Positions 39,994 through 50,965 of a stretch of 64,000 nt of DNA are shown piece by piece. The DNA is from a bacterium. GTDB taxonomy: Bacteria > Patescibacteriota > Patescibacteriia > UBA9570. The first letter of the stretch is position 1; every line of letters starts with the position of its first letter. The stretch covers positions 1,741-65,740 of the forward strand of contig JAUYKW010000020.1 of NCBI GenBank assembly GCA_030698395.1. The letters are read 5' to 3'. Made by a program: the position numbers and the translations under genes. The notes beneath the pieces are model-generated. The model made no database searches. It was given only the letters and a program-made list of their open reading frames with translations, and was not told the origin of the DNA.

Positions 39994-41679
39994 TTAACCT
40001 TTTATCTGATTAAATGTAATCTCAATATCATCTTTAATTGCGTCTGGTAACGTACCTTCTTGGATAGTGCCAGTATCATTAATATCCTGCACAGCTTTTT
40101 CTATATATGAAATAGTTGTTCGTCCTTCAGCTAAATTATTTTCAATTCCATCACTACAATGCACAACAATATCTCCCGGATTAACAGATTCCACAAAAAC
40201 ATTTGATGTTTTGTTTTTTCGATCATCAGAAATTTCAGGTACCTTGCCTCTATTTTTTATTATCACATTACGAATATGTCCCCGTTCTGCTGGATCGTTC
40301 AGTGATCTTGCTATTCCATTACTTACAATATATGTTTCACTATCACCAATATTCACTACAACAACTGCACTATGCTCAGGAAAATACCTAGAACCCACAA
40401 TTGTTGTTCCAGCCATTCCTTCAAGATCTGTACAAGATTCCGGCAGCTCGTTTAAGCGTGACGTCACATGTTGCTGAATCTCCACTAAAGACATTTCTGC
40501 TGGGACTGATTCAAAAATATGCATTAATGCATTTGAAACACGTTTTGCAGCCTCTGCGGAACTTTCGCCTGTTGAATTTCCATCTGCTAATATTGTTGCT
40601 CCAATTTCTGCATTTACAACACTATAATCTTCACCATGTTTATTTAAATCAAAGGTCATCCTTCTTTCTTGAGTTGCGCGCCTATTTAAACGAGGAATTT
40701 TTCCTTTTTTCTTTGCTCCATATACTTGTATTGAATTTTTTTCTGTATCAATATTTTTTATAGATTCAATTACTCCTTTATCTGAGGCTCTTGCCATTTC
40801 TAAAAAAATAGCATGAGCTTCTGAAGCAACTTTTCTATTAATCACCTCTGCAATTACGTTGTCAGTGCAAATCCAATCAGGTAGATTCTGTAATATTTGA
40901 TTTACATCATCAGCTAGATCTTGCGCAACCTGTAACATTTCTGGTCGAATACGAATTTTCTCACTCCTTTTACTTCGAATATATTTTTTTACCTCTGTTA
41001 TACGCTGGACTGTTTCCGACATTAATTCTTTCGGGGGTAAATTTGTGTTGATTCGTTCAAAAAAATTAGCAGGTACTAATTCTGTATCATCTCTCCATTC
41101 TATTTTTTCTTTTTTTGATACAGCCTCTTCCGTGTCTGGCTTACTATTATCTACCTCATCTGGCTCGTCAAAACTGGAAAGGTCTGCTATGTCAGTAGAC
41201 GACAATCCTGAAGAAGATTCTATATATTCCTGAACATCATAACTAAGAAATTTGATTTCTTCCATGTGCGCCCTCGCTTCTGCTGGAGTCATGCTAGCCA
41301 CTTTAGTTTCGTGATCAGTTAGTTTTTTTTGTAGTTCTGTCAACTTCGTTCTGTGCTTTGTTTCGCCATCCCACCACATTTTTAACTTTTTCACAAAATC
41401 CATCATTTGTTCATAACGATTATCCGATGCCTCCAATGCTCTATCTAAGTGTCCTTGGATATATCTCACTTCTGATGCTATATCATCATGTACAGTTTTT
41501 CCTTCAAGCACCGCTCTAACCTCCTCTAAATAGTCTGCTCTATCAGACTCTGGAATGCCTTCATCAAAAGCAGTATCTCCAAAACGATCCTCGGTTTGTG
41601 CTGACACAGGTATACCCACGATAGGTTCTTGCCGTGGAATCGGAACTGGTCTGATTGGTGCTCGTACTGGCTCTCCCAT
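39994..41679 (-). CDS. orphan protein with C-terminal PP2C-like phosphatase domain
   Basis: ILADGN, GTTIV, NIGDSETY, HCSDGI, DDI motifs in the last ~230 aa; N-terminal helical region. Confidence 0.7.
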   Translation of the reverse strand: MGEPVRAPIRPVPIPRQEPIVGIPVSAQTEDRFGDTAFDEGIPESDRADYLEEVRAVLEGKTVHDDIASEVRYIQGHLDRALEASDNRYEQMMDFVKKLKMWWDGETKHRTKLTELQKKLTDHETKVASMTPAEARAHMEEIKFLSYDVQEYIESSSGLSSTDIADLSSFDEPDEVDNSKPDTEEAVSKKEKIEWRDDTELVPANFFERINTNLPPKELMSETVQRITEVKKYIRSKRSEKIRIRPEMLQVAQDLADDVNQILQNLPDWICTDNVIAEVINRKVASEAHAIFLEMARASDKGVIESIKNIDTEKNSIQVYGAKKKGKIPRLNRRATQERRMTFDLNKHGEDYSVVNAEIGATILADGNSTGESSAEAAKRVSNALMHIFESVPAEMSLVEIQQHVTSRLNELPESCTDLEGMAGTTIVGSRYFPEHSAVVVVNIGDSETYIVSNGIARSLNDPAERGHIRNVIIKNRGKVPEISDDRKNKTSNVFVESVNPGDIVVHCSDGIENNLAEGRTTISYIEKAVQDINDTGTIQEGTLPDAIKDDIEITFNQIKG

Positions 41680-41782
41680 ATAAACTTATCAACAATAATT
41701 AATATTATGATTAATTGACTTATGCCAAATTATTTCAGAGATAATTATAGCATACATATAGGAATACTTTTAAAAAAAAGAC

Positions 41783-41811
41783 TTGACAAAAGCTACTAAA
41801 AATGCTATTAT
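41783..41811 (+). promoter_or_regulatory. sigma70 promoter TTGACA-N17-TATTAT (extended -10) of the giant ORF
   Basis: The ORF track's TTG start is the -35 hexamer. Confidence 0.6.
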
Positions 41812-41845
41812 TAACTTCGTATTTCATAGTAATTACTATACTCAG

Positions 41846-44800
41846 ATGCCAGAAGAGTTAATCGCTCCAATAGCAAATAATGACAGTAATAATCGTCCTG
41901 ATCAAAATCAGCGGCGTTTGAATTTAGAAACATCAGAACTAACTACAGCAGATGAAACAACACAACAAACTCCTCGATCACCTGCGGAAGAAGCTCGATG
42001 GCGTATTGATTATTGGATGCAAAAAGCAGAAGAACAACACAATCAATTGCAGGAAGATGAACGTGTTATAAAAATTCAAGCAGAAATTGAAGATAAGGAA
42101 TGGAAAAAAAACCACGATTTTTTGTTTGAAACAGATGATTCTGCAAACCCTGAATTAGATTCTCCAGCTATTACCAACTACAAAAAAATAGTGAATGATG
42201 AACCTAGTGGTATAGAAAATACCAGACGCTGGTTAAATCGTGGTGCAATGAGCGTTTTTGATAGAATTCAAAATCCTGATAAAGTTCAAACAACTGTAAG
42301 ATATCTCGAAGCAACAGTTCAAGATGAAGATAGCCAATATATTTACCGAAAAAAAAATGAGAGCATAGATTCCTTGCGAAAAAGAATAAAAGTTTTTTTA
42401 GCTAAAGGTTATAAAATAGGTGACAGAACTGATTTAGACGATGATGATATACATAGTATAAGGCTTGATAAAGCAAAAAAACTACACCTCAATAGAAATT
42501 CTCGACAAAATATAGATCGTCTAAGTTCAGTTATAGAGGATCCCGCTTTTACGTTACACGCACTCCGAGCAATAGGACTAAATGTTACTCCAAGACTTTT
42601 TCAAATTGGAAAAAGCTATGAAGAACACGGAACGATGCAAAACTTAGAAAAAATGTGCAAAGCAGTAAATGGTATGCAAGACGTATTAATAGATCTTGGA
42701 CAAGGAATATCTTGGGAACAATTTCCCGCCTACAATGATGATGTGGTAGAAATTTTTGGAAAAAAAGAAATTTTTGCAAAACTATCCGATCAAAAAATAC
42801 GCAGGTCACTAAAAGAGTTTATAAATAAAATGGCAGACAAGCCACATTTTCGTGATATTGAAGCGTTAATCGGCATTGTGATTGATGATAATTATATTGC
42901 GACACTACAACTATTATCTGAATCAACAAAATACAATATGGCAAAATCTGCATCTATTCGAGCAATTCATAGAATGGGGCAAGTTGGAGATTTAACCATC
43001 ATGGCTCGGATGCAACGTGCTGGCATTAAACTAGATAGACATGACAGGGGCGATATTGTAGAGATAACTGAATATACCAATAACAATGAACCGGTAGAAC
43101 TGGAAAGGGCAAATGAAGTTTTAAAAAGGACAAAAGCTAGAATAGGCGAAAGCTTAGCTGATGATAATGTAATATTTTTTTTACAGAAATTACGAAGTAT
43201 CGTACCAATTAAAATTTATCCTGGAGAATTAGATAGCATAGCCAAGCTTTATGAACACGAAAAAGAAGTAATCGCCTTCATAAGTTTTTTAGTATCTATA
43301 AATGCAGACATGGCAAAAAAAGTTACGTTGCGAGATATTGAAAATGCAGTTACTAATCCGGAAAATCTGGCGAAAGTGCTCAATCCTAAATATGCAAAAT
43401 TCTTGAAGATACTTATAAAAAGCGATTTAAGACTAAATTTAGGATACGATCCTATAAGTGAGATGACCAGTTTTAGCTCAGGCCAAATAAATTGGGTATA
43501 TAGCCTATTTCAAAATGAAGAAATTAGAGAAGCTTTTTTTGATGAACCATTACACGAATTCCTTAATTATTTGAACGAAAATGGAATAATAGTTCGCATA
43601 GACAGATGGTCTAGTCATGTTAACTTTCTAATAAAAGTAGGTAAAATAGCTGGGGTACCTAAAATTTTAAGTGCCCTAAAAGCGCACGGCATTGAACATG
43701 AAGATTTAGATGGTATGTTTTATAATCGTAATGAAATATTTAACTTATGCAATGCAGAAAGTATTGCGGCTCTAAATGACCCCCGCTTTGAAGCAATCAA
43801 AACCAGATTAGCAGAACTTCAATTACAACCCTCTAGTACTGAAGATATACCAAATAATAAAATTTTTGAACAAATCCGTAATGCAATCACAGCACTAAAA
43901 TCTCCTGAATTAACGGAAGCATTACTTGATGATAATAAATATGAAAAGATAAAAGCTTTCATTGCAAGATTGGCAGAACATGGTAAAAAACTAGTTGCTG
44001 ACTCCCCTGATGAAATAGCTAAACTAACAGATTCGCATGTTCAGAAACTTGATGAATTTATAGAATTTGCAACCTCTTCTACAACAGTAAATATTTCCGA
44101 CTACTTAATTTTTTGTAACCAAACCGCAATTGTAAAACGCGGTCTGAGCAGATATCAAGAACTTCACCAAACAACTGAAATACCAGCCGATATTAGAAGT
44201 CTGGCAAAAATTGGAGAAAGTGAATCTTGGCAAGTTAATGAGCTAAAAAAATTAATTGGAGAACAAGAACGTACAATAGAAGAAATTCAAGCTGTAATGC
44301 AAGACTTTGCTGGCTTTAAAGAATTTGCAGAATATTATGCTTCAATAACTGGATACAACATTATCGATGCCACACGTAACAAAATACTCAAATTATCAGA
44401 ATTCGTTCCATTCAGAAAACAAATAACTGAAATACAAAATGATTTTAAACTTGCAACAGGAAAGGAATTAGTAAGTCGAGATATTTTAGAAACTAGCATA
44501 GATAGTCTTCAAATTTTTTGTAATATTAACAGTGCAACAAGACAAGAACTCTTTAAACACTTTAACAATAGAAGCAAAAGCTTTGATGAAGTTATTAGTT
44601 CTGCGCTAAATTTTTATAACGAAATAAATGAGCTTCCAAATATAATTATAGATGCTATTAACGAACGCTTCGGTGATGATTGGGACGCACCTCTTGATCT
44701 CTCTTCTCTAAAATCGTTAACAGAAGATGACTACATTGCTATTTTAGATGCCTTTGTAATATTTAGTGAAAAATATGAAGTTTCATTCCAACATTTACCA

Positions 44801-47302
44801 GAATTTATTAAATTATATAGAGGCGGTGTATTAGATATTATTGATAATGCAAAAACTTCCTATGGATATATACCAAACATGAATCGTCATTGGGACGATT
44901 TGTGCAGATTTGCAGAACAAAATAAAGATAATCAGGCATGGAATGCGTTTGTTGATGTCCACGAAAGATTTGGTATTTCCTTCATTGCTGCACTCGAAAA
45001 TCCAGAAGCAGTTATTATATTAAGTCAATCTACTAATATTCCTATTGCCATCGAACAGTTAAAAACTGCTGGCATACAAATGGACGAATTTGGTGATTTA
45101 TTAAATGCTGTTAGTTATTGGGAGCAAGCCGGACAAAATCCAGCCAGTTTTAATTTAATGCTTCGACTTAAGGATTACTTTGTAACTCTAAATATTTATG
45201 ACATAAGGTATTTTTCACCTTTTAAAGAGATAGAAAATGTTGCTGATGTAGAATCCTATGTTGCTGAAATAACAAATAGTAATAATGGTAAACTAAATCC
45301 TAGTCAAATTGGAAAAATAATTGATACATTACAACATCGAGAAACAGTTATTACACTACTAACCCAGTACAATATAGATTTTTCCGATATCATACTAGGC
45401 TCAGAATTAAAATTTACCGAAGAATTATTAAAAGCTGGAATTATTGAAGAAGTCACTAAAAATAAAAAATTTAAGTATGAATTTAATATTAATCATGCAT
45501 ATAGATTAAAAGTACTCACCGACGACCAGCAAAAATGGAATACTATAATTAAATTAAATGAAAAATACGGCATTATTTTAGAAGACTTTATTATAAATGA
45601 TGAAGTTTTGAATATGTATTTATTAATAGAACCAGAACTAAGATATGCTGAAACTGAACCATTAAATATTCGCGATCAACAAATATTAGCAGCTGGCTTA
45701 ATGAGTCGCATGATTCATGATGAAAGATTCGAACCTTTAGATGATTTAAAAATAACGGTCACTACGGAACATGGAACAGAAGTTCCAGCCTCAGCATATG
45801 CCAAAGAGTTTTTAGAAGCCTATCAAATTGGTAACAAAGGAAGAACCATCCTTACCTTGTTAATGGCACGAGAATTTATTGTTGACATGCCTATAGAAAA
45901 TGTATTTACAAACGTATTTGAAGCACTTGTAAATTATAGAAAAATACTAGACTCCTATAATGACAACCAAATACCAAATGGACTTAGAGCATCTATTGGC
46001 ATGGAACATGAAATAACCAATAGCACTGATGTTTCATATCGAGATACTGTTAATGCTAGAGGCCTAAAATTTGATATGCAAACTATTTCTAAGTATGCGG
46101 GAATTAGTCAAGGCAATGATGCAGTTCATGAAATAGCAACCAGACCCACAAATAATCCATATGCCCTTTTATTAGAAATGAAGTTATTGCAAGATCTAGA
46201 ATTCTTTGATCTTAACTTTAGTCGGCATGGTTATGAAAAAGGTGCTCATGGCTACCACTTAACCATAGGTGGTGAACGTGGAATTAAAGCAACTCCGAAT
46301 GTACATTTTTTACAAAATCTTTTAATTATATCAGGTTGGGGCGGAGTTAATGCTGGTGATTCCGTAAGTTACGTATCTAGAGGTAGAACAAGCAGTGCTA
46401 TTAGAGAAAGAAACTTATATGGAAGTAATAATATCCAAGTATTTGCAAACGCTACAGCATCAACAGAATTAAGATCATTATCCATTGATCAGTGGGAACC
46501 ATTTGAAAGATCCATAATTACAAGCCACTATGCCGCTGTTGCCATTCAAGCAATGGAAGAGTTTACAAAAATTACACCAGAAGATATTTACAAATTTGAT
46601 AATTTACCTGCAACACCAGCAGATCTAAGAGAAGCGTTGGCAATGAACGATCTTCTACCCACCGATACGCCTCCGCCACTCGATAAAGTTTCATTCGAAA
46701 TAATTCATGCATGGTTACAACTAAATGTCGAGATACAAAAAATTATTAAAGATCATAATGAAAATTTCTTAAATAATGAAAGCTATGGTTACGAAAATGA
46801 AAGAGGAGTATGGGTAGAAATAGAAGAGTTTGGAGGTGAACAAAATCGCAATAGATTTACTGCTGTAGTTAGTAGCATAGATGAAAGTAGATCTTTAGAA
46901 GATTATACTTCCAAATTGACAATCGATCCAGAATCTCTTTACGATGGTACCGAACCTGAATTTGTAAATACATTAATCAAAGTAAATAATTTATTCTTAA
47001 AGCCTTCCACTAAATCGTCATCTGGCGAAACTGTAGATAGTCCAAGAGAAAATGCTCTAGCAATGCTAGATACAACTAAGCGTAATGGAAACAGAATAGA
47101 AGATGCAAAATCTGGAGCAGCATCTCAATCCATATTCGATAATAATGGTATGACCAGACGCGGATACTACAACGCACAAGGTGGTAGCGAAAGAATGATT
47201 ACTCACGCAGTACAAATAGCACTATTGAAATTTAATGCCAAAATGGAAAAGTTAGTAAGAAAACCTACCCCAATAGAAGAACCTAAAACAATGGCAGCAT
47301 AA
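41846..47302 (+). CDS. giant (~1818 aa) helical orphan protein with C-terminal COOH-NH2 ligase/amidoligase-like domain
   Basis: Long ORF; SIGMEHE, HEIATRP, GYHLTIG, TELRS motifs in order near the C-terminus; the domain call is less certain than the ORF. Confidence 0.75.
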   Translation: MPEELIAPIANNDSNNRPDQNQRRLNLETSELTTADETTQQTPRSPAEEARWRIDYWMQKAEEQHNQLQEDERVIKIQAEIEDKEWKKNHDFLFETDDSANPELDSPAITNYKKIVNDEPSGIENTRRWLNRGAMSVFDRIQNPDKVQTTVRYLEATVQDEDSQYIYRKKNESIDSLRKRIKVFLAKGYKIGDRTDLDDDDIHSIRLDKAKKLHLNRNSRQNIDRLSSVIEDPAFTLHALRAIGLNVTPRLFQIGKSYEEHGTMQNLEKMCKAVNGMQDVLIDLGQGISWEQFPAYNDDVVEIFGKKEIFAKLSDQKIRRSLKEFINKMADKPHFRDIEALIGIVIDDNYIATLQLLSESTKYNMAKSASIRAIHRMGQVGDLTIMARMQRAGIKLDRHDRGDIVEITEYTNNNEPVELERANEVLKRTKARIGESLADDNVIFFLQKLRSIVPIKIYPGELDSIAKLYEHEKEVIAFISFLVSINADMAKKVTLRDIENAVTNPENLAKVLNPKYAKFLKILIKSDLRLNLGYDPISEMTSFSSGQINWVYSLFQNEEIREAFFDEPLHEFLNYLNENGIIVRIDRWSSHVNFLIKVGKIAGVPKILSALKAHGIEHEDLDGMFYNRNEIFNLCNAESIAALNDPRFEAIKTRLAELQLQPSSTEDIPNNKIFEQIRNAITALKSPELTEALLDDNKYEKIKAFIARLAEHGKKLVADSPDEIAKLTDSHVQKLDEFIEFATSSTTVNISDYLIFCNQTAIVKRGLSRYQELHQTTEIPADIRSLAKIGESESWQVNELKKLIGEQERTIEEIQAVMQDFAGFKEFAEYYASITGYNIIDATRNKILKLSEFVPFRKQITEIQNDFKLATGKELVSRDILETSIDSLQIFCNINSATRQELFKHFNNRSKSFDEVISSALNFYNEINELPNIIIDAINERFGDDWDAPLDLSSLKSLTEDDYIAILDAFVIFSEKYEVSFQHLPEFIKLYRGGVLDIIDNAKTSYGYIPNMNRHWDDLCRFAEQNKDNQAWNAFVDVHERFGISFIAALENPEAVIILSQSTNIPIAIEQLKTAGIQMDEFGDLLNAVSYWEQAGQNPASFNLMLRLKDYFVTLNIYDIRYFSPFKEIENVADVESYVAEITNSNNGKLNPSQIGKIIDTLQHRETVITLLTQYNIDFSDIILGSELKFTEELLKAGIIEEVTKNKKFKYEFNINHAYRLKVLTDDQQKWNTIIKLNEKYGIILEDFIINDEVLNMYLLIEPELRYAETEPLNIRDQQILAAGLMSRMIHDERFEPLDDLKITVTTEHGTEVPASAYAKEFLEAYQIGNKGRTILTLLMAREFIVDMPIENVFTNVFEALVNYRKILDSYNDNQIPNGLRASIGMEHEITNSTDVSYRDTVNARGLKFDMQTISKYAGISQGNDAVHEIATRPTNNPYALLLEMKLLQDLEFFDLNFSRHGYEKGAHGYHLTIGGERGIKATPNVHFLQNLLIISGWGGVNAGDSVSYVSRGRTSSAIRERNLYGSNNIQVFANATASTELRSLSIDQWEPFERSIITSHYAAVAIQAMEEFTKITPEDIYKFDNLPATPADLREALAMNDLLPTDTPPPLDKVSFEIIHAWLQLNVEIQKIIKDHNENFLNNESYGYENERGVWVEIEEFGGEQNRNRFTAVVSSIDESRSLEDYTSKLTIDPESLYDGTEPEFVNTLIKVNNLFLKPSTKSSSGETVDSPRENALAMLDTTKRNGNRIEDAKSGAASQSIFDNNGMTRRGYYNAQGGSERMITHAVQIALLKFNAKMEKLVRKPTPIEEPKTMAA

Positions 47303-47306
47303 ATAT

Positions 47307-47738
47307 ATGACAAAACCACATTTAAGACTAATTCAAGAAGGAGAAGTATTTCCAACAACGGGGGTTTATGAATTATTAAAATTAGCAATCACGCAAGAAA
47401 TAGTTGAAGATCCCGAATTGCTACGCGATGTTTTAAATGACGTATATAAAGAACTGTCTCCTAGCGACTATGAATTAATCGAAGCTTTAACGTTTTTAGA
47501 AGATAGTGGTGCAATAACTCGTGAAGACAGAATGTTTTTCTTTGTATTATTTGCCGTCGCTAAAAATATAGGTCCATTCAATTTAAATGATATTAGAGAT
47601 GCTATTGTATTTGGAACTTTACAACCAGAAAGTATGCAAGAAAAGATCATTGATATTGATATCAATGATACGATAAAAGACTATCTCATAGCAGGCTTAG
47701 CAAAACTAAGTATAAAGAGAATTCCGAAAGAAAGTTAA
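47307..47738 (+). CDS. hypothetical acidic protein
   Basis: 143-aa ORF 4 nt after the giant ORF. Confidence 0.7.
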   Translation: MTKPHLRLIQEGEVFPTTGVYELLKLAITQEIVEDPELLRDVLNDVYKELSPSDYELIEALTFLEDSGAITREDRMFFFVLFAVAKNIGPFNLNDIRDAIVFGTLQPESMQEKIIDIDINDTIKDYLIAGLAKLSIKRIPKES

Positions 47739-48832
47739 GGTAATGTTTTAAATTTTTTAATATTCGTCCACGGAGTAAAAGCATCCGCTACTTTAGCTCT
47801 TATTCTAATTTGATATCTTTTTCCAGGTTTTAAATTCTTAAATGTCCAATTTTTTTTCTGAGTACTTTTAGTACGTAGTCTCTTGCCTTTATTATTACGT
47901 AATTGAATTTTATATTTTGAAGCACCTGATAACGCATGCCATTTTATTTTTGCTGATGTAGTAGTTCTATATTTCTTAGGTATTGTAACATCTCCAACGC
48001 TTACTCCTTCTAAAATATATGAAAAAATACTGGTTTGATCCTTTAAGGTTAAATCGTTATATGTAAAAATCTGCATTTGTATAGTATCGTCGTACTCAAA
48101 GTGTGTATTACTAAAAAGGTCTGAACTGGCATCTGTACTTAACAATGCAAATTTCAATTCATATGCTGTTTCATTATCAAACTCTTTATTATTATAATCA
48201 TTAAATAAAAATAAGTTTGTATCTTCATTAGGATTAAAACTAACTTCCGTGAAACTACCAATATCAGTTTCCTGATAAATGACTTTCTCCATGATAGGAC
48301 TAGAAATATCTGTTTCTCCAACAGCCACACTAAAATGAGCCGTAAAGTAATAAACTTCATTTAAGCTGTCAGTCTCCGCCATTTTAATTACAAACCACAT
48401 ATCAAAATCTTCGGGCAATCCAATGCTATTACCAGCACCATTAGGATCACCAAATTCATAATATTCATCGCCAGCAATATCAAATATCTTTAAAAATGGA
48501 TAGTAAGTTGCAAAATAAATATATGTATTAGTTGCAGAATTACATAATTTAACATCCTCAATATCAAACATCTCATCAATGACTGTAGAGTAAGTATCAT
48601 TAACACTTGGTGTGGTAGACCAAGTTGTTCCGGCATAATACCAAGTTGTTCCGCTTATTTCATCCGTGTCTGTAACGACATCACTTACTCTATTCCACTC
48701 ATCAGGATTATCATTGATGGTAATTTTTTGATCACAAGAATAAGCAGGCGTTTCAACAGCCAAAGCGCTAGTTACAAAACCAAATACTCCTATAAATAAA
48801 GCTCCTATTAAAATGAATAATTTAGTCGGCAT
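47735..48832 (-). CDS. secreted protein with C-terminal fibronectin type III domain
   Basis: Signal peptide ending ALA; basic FN3 'W..LSGASKYKIQL...NLKPGKRYQIRIRA'. Confidence 0.75.
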   Translation of the reverse strand: MPTKLFILIGALFIGVFGFVTSALAVETPAYSCDQKITINDNPDEWNRVSDVVTDTDEISGTTWYYAGTTWSTTPSVNDTYSTVIDEMFDIEDVKLCNSATNTYIYFATYYPFLKIFDIAGDEYYEFGDPNGAGNSIGLPEDFDMWFVIKMAETDSLNEVYYFTAHFSVAVGETDISSPIMEKVIYQETDIGSFTEVSFNPNEDTNLFLFNDYNNKEFDNETAYELKFALLSTDASSDLFSNTHFEYDDTIQMQIFTYNDLTLKDQTSIFSYILEGVSVGDVTIPKKYRTTTSAKIKWHALSGASKYKIQLRNNKGKRLRTKSTQKKNWTFKNLKPGKRYQIRIRAKVADAFTPWTNIKKFKTLP

Positions 48833-50594
48833 GCTTGATGCGATATCTCCGGCGCCAATTATGATTATGCTTTACTTTAAGCTCAAGTTCTAATGTAGGT
48901 TGATATAAAAATTCTATGTAATCCTTTAACATTCTATTTGCCGAAAATCCACTCCACGCAACCGCCATTGTTTTTCTCATCCGCTCTACCCATTCTTCAG
49001 GAATACCATTAGCATTGCGTTTATAGTAAAGAGGAATTACTTTCTTTTCAAAAATTTCATACACATGCTTACCGGTATTTTTATCTGGAATTTCCCAACC
49101 TACTCCATTAAGATCAATTTCATCTACCCAGCCATCACTTACAGAGCATTGTAATACACCGTTAGCAGCTGCTTTCATACCACTGGTACCACTAGCCTCC
49201 TTGCCTCTGTATGGCGTATTCAACCAAACATCTGAACCAGCTACCAATACATCAGCTAAAGCCATGTTGTAGTTTGGAATGAACACAAAATGATCTTCCA
49301 ATCCATGATCATGAATTGCATTTACAATATTCTTGATAATCTTATGACCAACGTCATCTCTAGGATGTGCTTTTCCGGCCATTAAAAATTGTACCGGTTG
49401 ATGCACTTGAAAAATCATTTCTTTTAAGCGTGAAATATCTTCAAATAATATCTCTGGTCTTTTATAAGATGCAAATCTTCTAGCCCAGGTAATAATAATG
49501 GTATCCTTGTCTAATTCTTTACCAGTGCGATATTCAACTTCATCAAGCAATCTAAATTTGGCCATTTCATGTAATCTCCATATAGCTTCTGCGGGTAATT
49601 TTTCTAGCAATTCTAAATCAAAATTAGGTGCCTGTGCTTTTAAATCAGCACTTACCCATGTTGGAAGATGGACACCGTTTGTTATGCCTACCATTTCATG
49701 ATCTGGCCATACTTCTTTTGCCATTTTTGCATGCAACTTACTAACCGCATTAACCCGTGCTGCCATATCTAATGCCAGCGTAGACATGCCAAATTGATCT
49801 GCTTGATCTGGAGACTTCCCCTTATGTAGTACGTAATCAATTTCCAATCCTAATTCTTTAGTGTAGCACTCCAAATACTGTTTTACTAATGAATTTGGAA
49901 ATACTTCATTTCCTGCTGGAACTAAAGTATGATTCGTAAATACAATTTTCTTTGCAGCATATTCATACGCTTCTTGAAAAAACATACCAAGTTCCTTCAT
50001 GTAATGATGGGTAATTTCAAAAATTGCAAATGCAGAATGTCCTTCATTTAAATGATAAATTGAAGGATGGATATGTAATGCATCCAACGCTCTAACTCCG
50101 CCAATTCCTAAAACCATTTCCTGTAATATCCTAGTTTCCTTGTCACCACCATATAAACGTCGAGTAATTAATTGATGTTCTGGGGTATTTTCAGGGACGT
50201 CTGTATCTAATAAATAAACGGACACATCACCCTCTGAATATTCCCAAATTTGAAAATGTATAAGATGATGTTCAACTGGAATACTAATTTTTATTGGATC
50301 CCCATCTGTATCAATAACTAAATTTACTGGTGCCTCAGCAATGTTCATTATCGGATATTCTTCACTCTGGCCATTTTTATCAATCTTCTGTCTGAAATAT
50401 CCTTCTTTATAAAGTAATCCTACTGCAACGAAAGGTAATTCCAAATCATTAGCTGCTCTAATAATGTCGCCGGCAAGGATACCTAATCCACCGGAATAAA
50501 TATGTAATCGATCATCAAGACCGAATTCTGCGCTCATGTACGCAATTGGATGCTGGCCTAGGGCCCAACGAAATTTTTGTAAATTTAAAGCCAT
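48822..50594 (-). CDS. glgP: alpha-glucan phosphorylase
   Basis: YMSAEFG, YSGGLGILAGD, HLNEGH, TNGVH, ARRFASYKR, GKAHP, EASGTSGMKAAANG (PLP Lys). Confidence 0.93.
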   Translation of the reverse strand: MALNLQKFRWALGQHPIAYMSAEFGLDDRLHIYSGGLGILAGDIIRAANDLELPFVAVGLLYKEGYFRQKIDKNGQSEEYPIMNIAEAPVNLVIDTDGDPIKISIPVEHHLIHFQIWEYSEGDVSVYLLDTDVPENTPEHQLITRRLYGGDKETRILQEMVLGIGGVRALDALHIHPSIYHLNEGHSAFAIFEITHHYMKELGMFFQEAYEYAAKKIVFTNHTLVPAGNEVFPNSLVKQYLECYTKELGLEIDYVLHKGKSPDQADQFGMSTLALDMAARVNAVSKLHAKMAKEVWPDHEMVGITNGVHLPTWVSADLKAQAPNFDLELLEKLPAEAIWRLHEMAKFRLLDEVEYRTGKELDKDTIIITWARRFASYKRPEILFEDISRLKEMIFQVHQPVQFLMAGKAHPRDDVGHKIIKNIVNAIHDHGLEDHFVFIPNYNMALADVLVAGSDVWLNTPYRGKEASGTSGMKAAANGVLQCSVSDGWVDEIDLNGVGWEIPDKNTGKHVYEIFEKKVIPLYYKRNANGIPEEWVERMRKTMAVAWSGFSANRMLKDYIEFLYQPTLELELKVKHNHNWRRRYRIKHAD

Positions 50595-50656
50595 AATAAC
50601 ATTATTATAGCAGAAAAATACACTCTAATCAAGTAGCAAGAATACTTATTTTCTAA

Positions 50657-50965
50657 TTATGACAGTTTGTTCTTTTCGCACCAACCAATAAACATGCTAG
50701 TAAGAGCAAAAAAAGCCGGAATCGTACCAACGTCATCAACATACCCTATTACTGGTAAGAAAAGTTCTGGGATAATATCAATTGGAAATATTACATACAC
50801 AAGTAAAGCTATGCTAGCAACCATGTATCCAACTTTTCCATTCTTGGGAATATGTTGAGACATTAAATATCCCCATGCCAAAGGAATTGTTTCCCAAAAT
50901 TGCCACCACTCTGGCAGATAATGCCGTCCTGGTGGTTTATTTTGCGGTGTAATCTGTTGATTCAT
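50657..50965 (-). CDS. DUF1232/YkvA family membrane protein
   Basis: LVYVIFPIDIIPE..PVIGYVDD motif; overlaps upstream ORF by 4 nt. Confidence 0.85.
   Translation of the reverse strand: MNQQITPQNKPPGRHYLPEWWQFWETIPLAWGYLMSQHIPKNGKVGYMVASIALLVYVIFPIDIIPELFLPVIGYVDDVGTIPAFFALTSMFIGWCEKNKLS

Noticed and set aside
41783-41845. TTG start for the 1839-aa ORF
   Set aside because: The TTG is the -35 box of a promoter; ATG 41846 is more plausible
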